A stretch of 64,000 nucleotides of DNA from Hydrurus foetidus (lineage: Eukaryota): contig UYFQ01000162.1 of assembly GCA_900617105.1 (NCBI GenBank), positions 1 through 64,000 of the forward strand. The letters are read 5' to 3'. The translations under genes and the position numbers were made by a program. This document shows positions 32,942 through 45,449 of this stretch, one piece after another. A model generated the notes under the pieces. That model was not told the origin of the DNA and searched no databases. It worked only from the letters and a program-made list of their open reading frames with translations. How positions within the stretch are numbered: position 1 is the stretch's first letter; the number at the start of each line of letters is the position of its first letter.

Positions 32942-35900
32942 ATGCGACGGGCTGCGCTATTCCTAACGCTTGCTAGCACTGTGCAAAAAGCGACCTCTGC
33001 GCTGACACTTGCCGAGACAGATAAATGCACGACTATAATCGTTGGCAAGAATGCTGGGACGGAGGGGCCAATGACCACTCACACTGCAGACTGCAGCGAC
33101 TGCGACTTCAGAGTATCCAAGGTAACTTTCGATCATGTCTCTTTTACGCTCGCCCAACCCATGTGAAGCTAAATCCCTCAATTCTAATCTGATAGATGCC
33201 TGCCATGGATCACCCGCCCGGAACAATGCGCCCATTGTATCTATACAAGGGTAACTACCCTGCAACCATCACGACACTTCGAGGCGCAACTTGGCATCCG
33301 AATAACCTCGAGGGCACACCCGAGCAGCTTGAAGCTTGGGGTCAGGAATCACTGATAACCGGACACATACCACAGGTATCCATTACCGCTTTACGTATGG
33401 CGTTTGTTGCCTTGGATGTCCTATGATGTACCACATGAGATTACTGAGGGATTTTGTTTCTCGTAAAAACTTCTTCTCACTTGATTATGACATATTCTGT
33501 TGAGGACTCTTCCAATAAATGCTTGCATCTCCACAACCGCCATTAATCTGCTTCTAATCTAATGTCTGATGTATGTAGGTGGCTCACACGTATGCCTTGT
33601 ATGAAGCTGGATACGGCATTATGAACGAACATCAAGTTGCTATCGGGGAGAGCACATGCGCCTCCAAACTCTGGGCTGCGCCAGTTACAGCAGGTATTAC
33701 CAAAACAGAATGAAATGTGTGATAATATAAACCAATCCAAGGTGGAAATGGTGTTTTCCATAGTGCCCAAACCTGTTTCGTTCTGTGTTTCGGACACTTT
33801 ATTCTGTCTTTGTGATACTGCGCAACTCCCTCAGATCATTCCCAATTACCTCCGTCAAGCTCTGCACCCACTCATACAATTCGTCATTACCTCTCGTTCT
33901 GTAAACTGAGTCACCATCAAATAGTCTGACACCTTCTGTTTTATTCGCAGGTGGTAAAGCTGCTATTGAAGTTAGAGAAATGAGTAAAATCGCCCTAGAA
34001 AGAACGACAACAGCCCGTGAGGCCGTGCTTCTCATGGGCTCTCTAGCAGAGACATACGGTTTCTATGCAGCCGACTGGAGTGGAGGGGATGCCTCGAAAG
34101 GGGAGGGAGGAGAAGCTCTCACTGTGGTTGACAAGACAGAGGCTTGGGTCTTCCACGTGTTGGCTGACGACACAGGCGCATCGGCTGTGTGGGCTGCTCA
34201 ACGAGTCAACGAGAATCACGTAAGTACAATCACGGGAAAGGAAATCAACTCACTGTGTAGTAGAGTAATCATCCATAACACCACACTCGTAAAGAAAAAT
34301 CGCTAGTCCTATCATCTAAGAATGGTGGAAAGATTGGTTATTAAAACTAGAGTAGTATTGGCTGTGACGAAATCATATTACCGACGGTTTTATTGGAGTC
34401 TCCCCTTTGGGGTGAGATTCGTAAAGCCGTTCTGATGGAGGTCGAGAGGCCCCGCTGAGGACAGTAACATTGATCATACTCCCTTCCGAGCCATACTAAT
34501 CACTGCATTAAGTACCGTACATCACACAATATAACACTACTCAAAATTGCATCCACTCCACATGAGTCGCACTTATCCTCCATGCACTACCCACTCATGA
34601 TGTATTTCACCACTCATCTTTCGCATCATACCATACTCAAGTGACCAACTTACCGATTCATCTATCCAACTCCACCCCTTGCATCTCACCGGTGATGACG
34701 AAACTCCATAAGCGGTGGGTGGGTTGAGACTCTTCGTGAGTTTCGCCCGTCTGCTCTGAGAACACGACTTCCTTCTCCTCCTTCGGGAGTAGAGTCGGAA
34801 GTTTACGATTCACTGTAGATCTCAAGCGACCATACTCTCCGAGCCAAAGAGATGCAATGCCATACTCTGAAGTACTGTGATGCACTGTTATTGTCTATTT
34901 ACACTCACTTTTACGTCACTTATTCCCACTTAAAATCTATCACTGTGCTTTGACCTGCATCTGTCCACGCAGTCACAATCATCAACCCAATTCCTATCCC
35001 TAGTCCAGCTAGTCCAATATGAACTGCTCGTATCATTGATGTAACCAACCGTACCAATTTTCTTTCTCTACAGGTGGCTGCAGTAGCGAATCAGTTCATC
35101 ATTCGGCACATAGAGCCAAACTCCCCTAACTTTCTGTACTCCGCCAATCTGTGGGAAGTCGCTGAGAGAAACGGTTTCTACGCAAAAGAGAGAGATGGTC
35201 CCCTTTTGGATTTCTTGAAGACTTTCGCCCCCCAGAGGGCTCACAGTCCGTACGTCACCAGGTGCGTGATGACTGATGTGATAGCACAGCAACACATTCT
35301 CTTTTATTTGGCAGGGTGCTCGTCTTTTTTTTGTGAAAGCAATACCACTCAAGATTTATTTGTGACACATTAATTAGTACGGTATCCTCGCACCACAATC
35401 TTATATTCTCCCTCCCTCCCCGTCCTTGAGTTTTTGCACCATATTATCTTCCCTCTATCCCCTAACCTTCCAACGCCATTTTACCGCAACACGTACCCCA
35501 CACACATCCCTCTACCGCGCAATATTGGCTGTGAAATCTTTCGTATATGTTTTATTTCCTCGTTCGATTGCGCGAATATCAGCTGAGACGTGATAACCAA
35601 CTGCACAGTCGACTGCGGTCACTTGACTGTCTAGTCAAATCATTGTCTCTCATCCTACATTTATTCATCCACATACGTACATGCGCACATGCATGAACGT
35701 ATACAAACACGCATGCATACACATAACTTCCATCTCCTGCACACTCCCAAGGTAGATTCTCGTCTGAGTTCAAGAAACGCACTCGCCTAACAAACTCCCT
35801 CCATCGCCACTCTCCATTTCCATGCAGGCGTGTGTGGCGCGTCTTAACTTATTTCGCTCCATCCTATCGCACACCTGAAGGAACAGCTCTCTCTCCATAC

Positions 35901-38597
35901 ACAGACAGTTATGCTTCCGACTACCCCTTTTCAGTTCAGCCCGACAAACGCATCTCACCTGCTGATTTAATGACTATTCAGGTACAAGACAACTGCCGTC
36001 TCATTTCCTCTCTTCTCTCCTCTTAATTTGATGAATGACTTTTGTAGCGAAAGCACACGATCTTGTTTCTTTATCTCTCTTCAAGCAACATCTTTCCATT
36101 GTAGTTGCAGCACGTGAGTCGTCATCTGATGTCTCTACCGTCAACACCTTTACTGTTGGCAGTCACCAACACTTATCATCCTCGCGCTCTATGCTTACTA
36201 CGAACTCGCCAATCAATGCGAGTACACGAGATTTAAGAGTGCAACACTGCCATCTGTCCCTTGCATTTCTGACAGGCCATTTTCTCTCAGTCACACGATA
36301 ATTTACTTTTTGTCTGTTGAGAGATATGGCATACAAACACTTCTCCCATCGCCTTACATCCATCACCTTACCCCTTGTTTACCCCCGTACTCTTTCCTCT
36401 GTTTCATCAACCTATTCTCCATTCGACCTATACTACCTTCTTTGTAAGTTTTCTTGTTTTCTATAAAATTCCTTTCTCATTTTGTACCCTCTCCGCTACC
36501 TTTTTACTCTTTCTCATCTTTTTCCTTTCTGCCTTCAGAGGGATCACTACGAGGGTACGGAGTTCGACCTCACCAAGGGACTTCAAGCCGGCCCCTACGG
36601 AGACCCCAACCGATTCGACAGCACACCCGTAGACAACCTCACTAGGGAAGACATCCTGCAAGGCAGCTACGAGAGGTGTGTGCACATTGTGATACATTTC
36701 TGTTATTGGGCGAATTGTATGAGTCTTCTGCGTACAACTATCTAGCGTATCGTACTTATAATCACTTTCACATGTATACACATCCGTTCTTATCTATCAC
36801 TATCTGTGCCTTTCACTTTTGCTCTCAACCCACACTTGTCACATTACATCACTTATCTTCCTCGCGCTCTATGCTTACTACGAACTCGCCAATCAATGCG
36901 AGTACACGAGATTTAAGAGTGCAACACTGCCATCTGTCCCTTGCATTTCTGACAGGCCATTTTCTCTCAGTCACACGATAATTTACTTTTTGTCTGTTGA
37001 GGGATATAGCATACACACCCCACATTGCCAACTTTCAGGACGTGCTCATCACGGCCTTCCTCCTACATCCCCTCACTCTTCTCTCATTACGTCACAGGGC
37101 TATTTCTCTTTTCCGCACATCTTACTCCATCGTTGCTGTAGCAAGGGAGAGTGTTCCTGATTCTCTAGCGCTCCTCTGGCTCTGTCAGTACGCCCCCTCC
37201 TCCTCTTCTTACGCGCCCTTCTACGTTGCGTCATCCGAGGCACCCAAACCGTATACCAGGTACTACGCAACCCTTCTCTGCTACCATGCTTAGTGTAGTG
37301 CCACTGTATGTGTACCCCCAAACACTGTTGTAAATACAGTTCAGTATGGTGTGCTGCACTGTCCTGACGATTGTATGTGTGCAGTAGGTCATTAGAAAAG
37401 AAGTACTGAAAAGAGAATAGAGATGTACTTCGTCACTAGGTTGGGAGACTGAGTGCTATGTCGTATTAGGACTGTTCTGCATTGCATCGATTGTGACGAT
37501 GACGAAACTAGCCCCTCCCGGAACTTTGACCGCCTTGTCGAGTCTCTTCAGAGATTCCAAAGCGAACATGAAACCGACACGCATCAAAGACAACTCTCCG
37601 AGTCACTCCTATTCCCACCCTATTTCCCTCCATCACTCCCTTCCTTTCTCTACGTGTCCATTACCTTGTAATCGCTCATCTCAATCTATCCCTAATGCTC
37701 AACACGATGTGATGTGTCTGCTATCCGCATCCATGATACTATCGACTGGCATTCCTCAACTCTTCACTAACAGCAGTGAGTCTCTTCATAATCATTACAA
37801 TTCCTCAACCGCTTCTTCTATTTACTCAATCTCATCTCAGGGGTTCATACTTTCGCTACGACTCTTCCTCCTCTTTCTGGAACTTCCTCGCTGCCGGCAA
37901 CTACGCCGCTCGCTTCTACCGCTTCGCCATGACAGACGTCACTGCTATGCAGGCCAAACTGCAACACGACAGCTTTGCTGTTGTGGCTGCCGCTGACAAG
38001 GCTGCCCTTGCACTGCTTGCCACTGAGTCTTACAATGCTGCTACTGCCAGTGTCACGGAACTGCTCACGAAAACAACTGTGGAGGAGGCGCATAGAATCG
38101 TGTCGTCATGGAGAGATCTGTTGCCGAAACTCATCACCAAGTACGTCCTCCAACTAACACTTTGTGACCAGTAATTATCAGCTTGATCCCTCAACTGTTC
38201 ACACAAAACATAACTAATGTCAATGTTTCGCAATCACCGTAGGTACCATGACGGCTATCAAGCGGAAGGCCTCACCAGCAAGGATGTGGAAATGACTAGA
38301 CTGTTCTATCCCGCATTCTGGCTGAAAGCTACAGGCTATTTCGACAGCAAAATCAATAGTGGACCCGATGTGATAATGTTCACGCCTAGTCCCTCTAGCG
38401 GCTTCACTTGGGCTTGGTTTGCTGCTTTATTTTTCACAGCGGTGTTTTCCTCTGTACTCTCTCTTTCTGTAGCCTACATGCTCATGGACAAAAGGGCACC
38501 TGCAGCAAAGCATGCGGTATCTGTGGATGTTCCTCTCTACTTCAACCTTGCTGCTATCACACCCAGCCGTAACGGCTACACTTCTATTAATGTTTGA
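32942..38597 (+). CDS. Peptidase family C69 (dipeptidase/secernin-like Ntn hydrolase), multi-exon
   Basis: Signal peptide then nucleophile CTTIIVGK; MNEHQVAIGESTC, IALERTTTAREA, GEAL, WAAQRV, ANQF, RDHYEGT, GPYG.P.RF, RAISLFRT. C-terminal transmembrane helix. Confidence 0.92.
34353..34498 (+). ncRNA. Intronic atypical box C/D-like RNA 1
   Basis: Terminal stem TAGTATTGGC/GCCATACTA, box C GTGACGA 34364-34370, box D CCGA 34486-34489, a long G-U-rich hairpin, a GAGA tetraloop, and guide GATCATACTCCC. Confidence 0.7.
34679..34857 (+). ncRNA. Intronic atypical box C/D-like RNA 2
   Basis: Outer stem TTGCATCTC/GAGATGCAA, box C ATGACGA 34695-34701, box D CCGA 34839-34842, hairpins including C(UUCG)G, and guide GCGACCATACTC. 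Confidence 0.7.
35516..35662 (+). ncRNA. Candidate intronic H/ACA RNA
   Basis: Stem CGCGCAAT/ATTGCGCG, H box ATATCA 35576-35581, second stem GAGAC/GTCTC, ACA at 35657. Confidence 0.45.
36170..36338 (+). ncRNA. Duplicated intronic structured element, H/ACA-like, copy A
   Basis: 169 bp, about 4 mismatches to 36850-37018. Multiple stems, ending at an ACA. Confidence 0.45.
36850..37018 (+). ncRNA. Duplicated intronic structured element, H/ACA-like, copy B
   Basis: Direct repeat of 36170-36338 in the next intron. Confidence 0.45.
37493..37606 (+). ncRNA. Intronic atypical box C/D-like RNA 3
   Basis: Stem GTGAC/GTCAC, box C ATGACGA 37499-37505, guide CCTCCCGGAAC before TTGA (possible D'), hairpin GAGTCTC/GAGATTC, box D CCGA 37598-37601. 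Confidence 0.7.
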
Positions 38598-39783
38598 TCA
38601 ACTCTCCTGTCACGTCACTGTATATCCGTCCCAATCCCCACCCACCCCCTGGTCTCTCTTTCTACTCACTGCTAGAGTGCCATGGCATTTGTGGCACTCA
38701 ATTCTTAATTTCTGTGCACGTCACATCCACCACAACAACGCACACATCGTATCACACACACCCAGCGCTGTCCTTAGAACCGCCCAACTGCTATTCACGC
38801 AGTTAGCTAGCTAGCACAGCTTACGACCTCACCTCGCGAGGCAACCAACCACACAGCTGAAGCTGCATACCACAGTGACCGGAGATTGTTTGTTACTCTT
38901 CCGGCTTGCCCGTCAGTTCCTGTTAGATCCTGACCCCTGTAGAGAATTTTTTTGTTGTAGCCTTTCTTAAGAATAGTATTTTTTTCTGTTTCCCTAAGTA
39001 TATCAAACATTTTGTTTAACTTTATTCTTGCTTCTAGCATCCACCCTGATCTTGATGTCGGCTGATTTAATTCAGTCATGTCAACGACGGCTCGATATAT
39101 TCCCCATGTCAATTAACAAGTGCAACTGAAGAAAGCCTGTGAGGCTTTGTTACTGGCTTGTTGCAACAAAGGAATCGGAATCAATATTGGAATTGACCAC
39201 GCTATAGTTGTGTGTCGTCTTCATGGAGTTGTTGTGAGAGAAACTTTTTTGATTTGTCGTGCGAACATTTTTTGATTTGTCGTGCAGGTGGATATGATTC
39301 TAGTTTGATACGTCCGACAATCTTCTAACAAGAAATCATGCGCGACTTCGAAATTATGAATTTGTATTTTGCGAAGATATACGCAAAAATTTCAGGCATG
39401 GATTAACAAAAATTTGAAATAAATATCAATTTCTAGTCTATCTTCAAGAATTCTTAGGCTAGACCTTATGACGCACGTATTCTATATTTTTTGATTTTTT
39501 TTTGTAAATGTCGCCGGCGACATGGCCTGATGACGCTAAAAAACGTGGAAATAAAAAATGTAAACGACACATTCTTCCGAACGCCGCAAAAAAGGGGCAC
39601 TTTTTTTGCGACAGAAAATGTTGAGTGACGCCCGATTACACACAATTTTGCTTTAGAAGGACTAGCCTTAGTTGTCAAGATTAAACTTTTACTAGTGATC
39701 GAATACTTGTGCAGATGTGCAAACAGAATATGTACGTACTACTCACCGACCGAAAACCGGAGATCAAGAGGATCAAGAATTAA

Positions 39784-39976
39784 CAGCGAACCTATACGAC
39801 ATTTTTCGACAAGAAAACCGGGCGAAAACCCGGGGAAAAGCGGCCGAAAATCAAAAGCGGCGCTTTCAAAAGGCCTGGTTTTGGGTGCCTGCTTTCATTT
39901 TTGAGTGCAGCAAAACCAAAACCGGCGGTTTTTCGGCCGGTCTGATTTTTTCGACAAATGTCGTATAGGTTCGCTG
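39784..39976. mobile_element. MITE-like element (193 bp)
   Basis: Perfect 21-bp TIR CAGCGAACCTATACGACATTT, imperfect to ~50 bp, flanked by TAA on both sides. Confidence 0.8.
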
Positions 39977-40618
39977 TAAAATCATTTGAAACCGGAAACC
40001 AGCGAAATCTGGAATTCAGTGGAACTGCGGAGATCGAAAACCCAAAATCCGTGCAAATTAGTGTAACTTGAACCCTCTCTCCATTGCGTACGCACGTGGT
40101 TTGAAATTTTTTAAAAGTTCCGAAACAATTCCTTAAAATGTGCCTTTTCTCTTTTCTTGCTATATTAGGCTTGATTTTATATTTCTTTTTCACAGTAGAC
40201 CCCCCAATCCAACGAAATATTGGTTGGAAAAAATTCCTACCTGTTTGTTGACCAAAAGATGGTGGTCAATCTCGTAGCCAACATGTGTCAAGATTCAGGA
40301 TTCACCAAGCAATTGTGTACGAACGCTAGCCCAATATTTTTATCAGGCGACCTGGTTCCGGGTTGAGGCTGACGATTGTCTGCTGTGAGCATAGACCAAG
40401 ACATCATATCTCATATTAAAGCAACATATAAAACAGAAAAAATCACAGATTAAAAATGAAGCAGCGTATCCTTCGAATGATAACACTGTGGAGTAATACC
40501 TGACGACAGCATCTGTAGGGCGGAACCCTCATTTTCCTGGACAACTCCCTCAAATGACAACGGTACTGCAACTCTCCAACAATATCACTCTTCAGTGAAA
40601 CTTTCATCACTTGCCGAG

Positions 40619-43446
40619 ATGAATGGCGATAATGAGTCAATTAGTAGGCTCGGCTTACAGCAACCAAACGCCGATTCCGAAAGCGCACAGAATAACACCC
40701 TTGCTCTAACAGATCAGCAACTTGAAGAAGAGCGCCTCAGATCCGACATTTTTCGATATCTGGTGAACAAAAGTAGCGGTGTATTTCACTACTCTGTTCA
40801 ACTGCGTACAATCACTCTCGACATAATAGGTGTCTCTTATAAAGCTACTCCTGAGGAATTTCGCAACACTGAGAACTGCCTACTCGACCTCCTCTACACT
40901 GACCCACAACGACGCTTTGCAATAATTGGCGAGCGTGATCACATATTTGTGAAACGCGCTCCTCTCGACGAAGATCAAATTAACAAGCTCGTCGAAGAAT
41001 GGCGTTGCCTAATCGCTTCTTTCTTGTTCGAATCGAAGAGAATAGTCTGCCTCAGTGACATCGGATCAAGGTTACACATCATTTGTTGTGCAGAAACTAC
41101 GAAGTCTATCATCCCTTCAACCAACACTGACGATCACTTTTCTCAATTTATCAGCGTCCGTCGACCGATTAGTATTCCATCATCAGTGAAGCTTATCTAT
41201 ATCATTAAGAGTGATCCTTTGAATCGATTCGTCCTGCAAGGGGAGGGAAACGTCGCAAAGGTGAGATTCAACATGCAAACTGATCCTGACCAAGAGAGTT
41301 TGTGGGTAGCGAAATGGAGGGATGATATAGCTTCCTTCCTCACGAAACAGCAGTGGTCAAGCCCGTCAATAGGTACATGCCAGCTCTGCTGTAACCATGT
41401 CACACAGTTCTTTTCTGACCATTTAATTCAATATTCATTCCTATTCCACCTCTTTCTAACATGATTTCGTTGCAGGCATTGAAGGCATTGAATCGCATAT
41501 CATGCGCCCCTTTTTCCTCCATCCGGGAGTCCAATTGCTCGATGTGCTCGCAGCTGACCCGTTTCAAAGATTCGTCATCATGGGGTTCGGTGTAGAAGCA
41601 AGAGTGACGATAAGAACATTCCGCGGAGATGAACCAGAAATTGAAAAATATGTGGAGCACTGGAGAAAGTTAATTATTAACTATTTACTGTCTAAAAATG
41701 ATGTTCTTGGGGCGTCCCATCTTCCTGTTGGATTGAGCAAAATAGGGGCATATGTTGCTCGTCCTATAGGTCAGTGCAGTTATGGTACTATTCCATGTTA
41801 TCACTTGTATCCACTTTAACTGATAGCAACAACGTACGTTCTGATCTTCATGTGTGCTACCGCTGAATTTTCTAGGAGTACCTGCGTCTGTGAAGTTGAT
41901 TGACATAATGCGGACAGACCCATTGAATAGATTTACAGTGAATGGCGATGGAAACGCACTGCGTGTGATGCTCAATGCCGATAGTCAACACACAGGCTTG
42001 CCGTCTGGTGAAGATGATGAGAAAAGACTGCCAGGGCAGTACATCTTAAACAATCGTCTTGCAACTATGAACAATCTGGCATTGGAGAATAAGAGACATC
42101 CACTACAAGACAACTCTATGGGTTTCAATAGCAGTACGACCGATCAGGGTGCAGCTTCATTTCCAGCAAGAGCCCCGGCATCGAATCGTCTGCCTTCTGG
42201 CACTAGCAGCCAGATCACTGGGATGGAACCGGCTGAATTCATGGGCCAGGGTCAGGGCCTCAATTCGGGACCTGGCCCGGGCCCCCCGAATGTGTCAAGG
42301 TATCCGGTGCTGTCCCCTCAGTCTCCTTCGACTCAGAATTACAATAATAGACATAGTTACCTCGAACAAAATCAGAACCAAAATCAAAATCAAAACCAAA
42401 GTCAGACATACCCTTACATGGAATACTTCGACTCTCACAGTGACAACAACATCAATAGCCATAACAGCGGTCATCACCAAATATTTGACCCCCTTAGAAT
42501 ACGTCAGGAGCATTTACTTCAGGTACAGCAATTTCACCAACGTTCATTACCACCCCACTCCCCCCAGTCTTTGCCGCAGCAAATTCAGCAAAACCTCGAC
42601 AACAACAGCGGGAAGAGCAACAGTCACTCGGGTGGTTTGATACAGAGCCAAGGCCCTAGGTCAGGCATAGCAGAGAGAGATCGAATGAGTCTCCTCTTTA
42701 ATAATGAACCAGCCTCTCAGTCAGGCAGGCGGATGTCCCTTACATCGGACTATGACTGTGGCAGTCACAGCGACTTTGACGACATGCCGAGGAGCATGGG
42801 GACGGGTTTAGGCATGGGCATAGGATCTCTGGAGAGATTTGGTTTCGAGCCAGTGAGGGACTCTATTCAGAGCTACCGTAACCCGTCCATGGCCATGCGC
42901 AGCACGATCTCAAATGATGGAAATTTCGCCGCCCATGGGGACGAGAATCGAGAAGACCTTGAGACCTCTGCATCCCTAGTCAGCTATGCGGACAACAACA
43001 ACACCAACTCCAACAGCCATTCCCAAGAACTTTCACTTGGTCACGGCTTTGGATCGATATTCCGGGACGGGTTCGGGGTTCCCTCCGACACCAACAGCAC
43101 CTCCCTACAGCCTCCTCCCGCCTTTCTCGCTGGGACTAATCTTAGCATGACGTTCTTAGACGATGACCCGAGCAGCCTGTCCTTCATTCCACCGCACAAG
43201 TGGATGATAAAGGCGTGGCTACCCATCGCCTTCGAAGGTTTCGATATCGATGTCATCGACTACTTCATATGCAAATTAAGAGACGATGGCGGCTTCGTGA
43301 CTCTGCAAGATCTCCTGGATGCTAGGGCCAGCAATGAGCTCACAAGAGAAGTTCTCGCCGACATAGCAGGATTTAAATTAGGACATTACAACCGCCTAGA
43401 GAAAGCGCTCGCAGCGGCGGACAGGGAACGGTCGAAATCTACCTGA
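40619..43446 (+). CDS. Uncharacterised protein: four winged-helix/LOTUS-like repeats, N/Q-rich disordered region, C-terminal SAM-like domain
   Basis: Repeat pattern W...I..FL...LS.IG...RP....L.D....DP..RF...G occurs four times across about 4 exons. C-terminal GFVTLQDLL...L.DIAGFKLGHYNRL. Confidence 0.75.
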
Positions 43447-45449
43447 TGTAGATGATGTAGAGAGTCAGGTAGTGGGAAGGCGAGGAACCGACCCACATTA
43501 GAAGGGGATAGTTATGTAGAGGAAAGGAGAGAAGAGAGGAGAGATGAAAGTCGGCGAAGCTGGGAGAAGCGAAGTAGCTCTTGATGAAATTGTACAAAAA
43601 TCATCTCCCACGGATCCGATGTCTGGTTGTTTTGGTCCAGCTTTGCTTTGTCGATTTCTGTGTGCTATGTACACGCGGCACTATCTTGTTCTCGAAGACT
43701 TCGGAAAATTTGATTTTAGTGTAGAAAGTCAAATTCCGTTCAGAGAGGTTTTCACGTAATTTACATCTTATGCACTTGGTTGCACGGTCATGATGTCCTT
43801 AATCTCGCCTTACATGGTCATGGCGCATTCTTCTGGGGTGTGTAACTTATTTAGAATATTTTCAATGCTTTTCCCTGTCAACGATGCTCTCGATATACGT
43901 ACCATAGAGAACGTACTCATCATTTTACCCCCTTCATTTCCATCCTGACCACACTGAACGATCACCAGCATCTCCGTCATAAGAGATAAACGGTGTTATT
44001 TCGGAAGTCTTTCGTATATGTCGCGTGAAAGAAGCTGCATTTTTTTTCACTAGCCGCAGTACGGCCGCGTAGATTTTTATTCCAACCTCACCAACAATTT
44101 TCAACAAGCCAAAATAAACCAGCTGATTGTATTCTGAAAGACAAACAATGCCGATTGATGTAATGGGTCCTATGCTTATCTTTTGATTCTTTTCTCCTTT
44201 ATTCCTTTATCGTTGTCCAGTGACTAACCGTGGGATGGACTTAGGATACCACAACTGGTTTGCTAGCAGTAGGCGCGAAGCAGTATTAATCAGTTCCTCA
44301 TTAATTGTAATTAGAACCACTGTGCAAAAAAATCTAAACTTATTTTGAATTTGGAGTTGACAGGCGACTATACTCGGCACTGCATCGCTCTCTTCGCAGC
44401 ACTTACCGCGATCCGACGAAAGTTTTTCTAACATTGAAAAATTTAGAGCTGACCGCACGAAACCCGAAATACTAGAGGCAGATTGAACGGAAAGAAAGTA
44501 TTCGCGGGTTAGGTAACGTCGAAATTGCTCCTCCTGACAGAACATTTCTTTCATGCAGCAATCCTTCTCACACTTTTCATTTTCCACGACGCAACGGTAC
44601 TTGGGACTCAGGACTGTACGTACGCAGCACTATCTACCCGTAAAAGATTTTGGATTCCAAATACAGATTTTTTTTCTCTTTTTTTTTTCCTGGTTTGTTT
44701 CCTGTTTATTTTTGTCGAACACGAACTGAGCTTTCCGTACAAGCGTGTGGAGTGTAAAACTATTCTGCCTATGGAAATACACCTCAGTCCACAGTACTGT
44801 ACGAAAAAGGTCATCGGAAACTTCTTCTCGGCGCTGAACCCTGCACCCAAAAAAGCGTCGGGTACAGGGACAGGGCCCCACAGCTTTACCATCTTTTAGG
44901 TTGATTACATGAATAGCACTACATGAATTGCAGAAGATGAGAAGTTCGATTTCATTTATCTTCCTCAGATGTAATTCAGTTGCGCAGGGGATTCCGCAGG
45001 CGAGGCCATGACCTCAGCTTACTGCGATGTTGAAGATAGTGTTGTGCTCCTGAATTTACACGGTATTTTCCTCAATACCAGATACTCCGATGATCCTCTT
45101 TCATATGCAATTTCGAACGAAATAGTGTCGAGAATGAATTCATTGCGACACCTGAAATCTAATATGACATACCTTCTTCGCTTACATTATGTTTAGTTGA
45201 AAATGGTTGACGGAACACAGTCCACGAGAGAGCACTCAAGGACGATAGCACACCAATGCGCTGAGAGATATTCTGTGAAAGTGCTGCGATCGGATGCTTC
45301 CCAGTGTGCCATGTGGAGTCGGTGATCTAGAAATAACACATGAAATATATTATAGCTACAGTATCTTGCTCCATCGATGACCTCACGATTTTCTCATCCT
45401 TATCCGGTATGTCGACACTTCACGTTGCACTTCCGTTGAAGATTTTAAC

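Noticed and set aside
33405..33427. U14-like CCTTGGATGT antisense element
   Set aside because: Only 10 nt, with no adjacent CTGA box or U14 domain A.
34826..34870. U3 snoRNA 5' end (GACCATACT-like; also GACTATACTC at ~44367)
   Set aside because: Not followed by box A (GGATCA) or the other U3 boxes.
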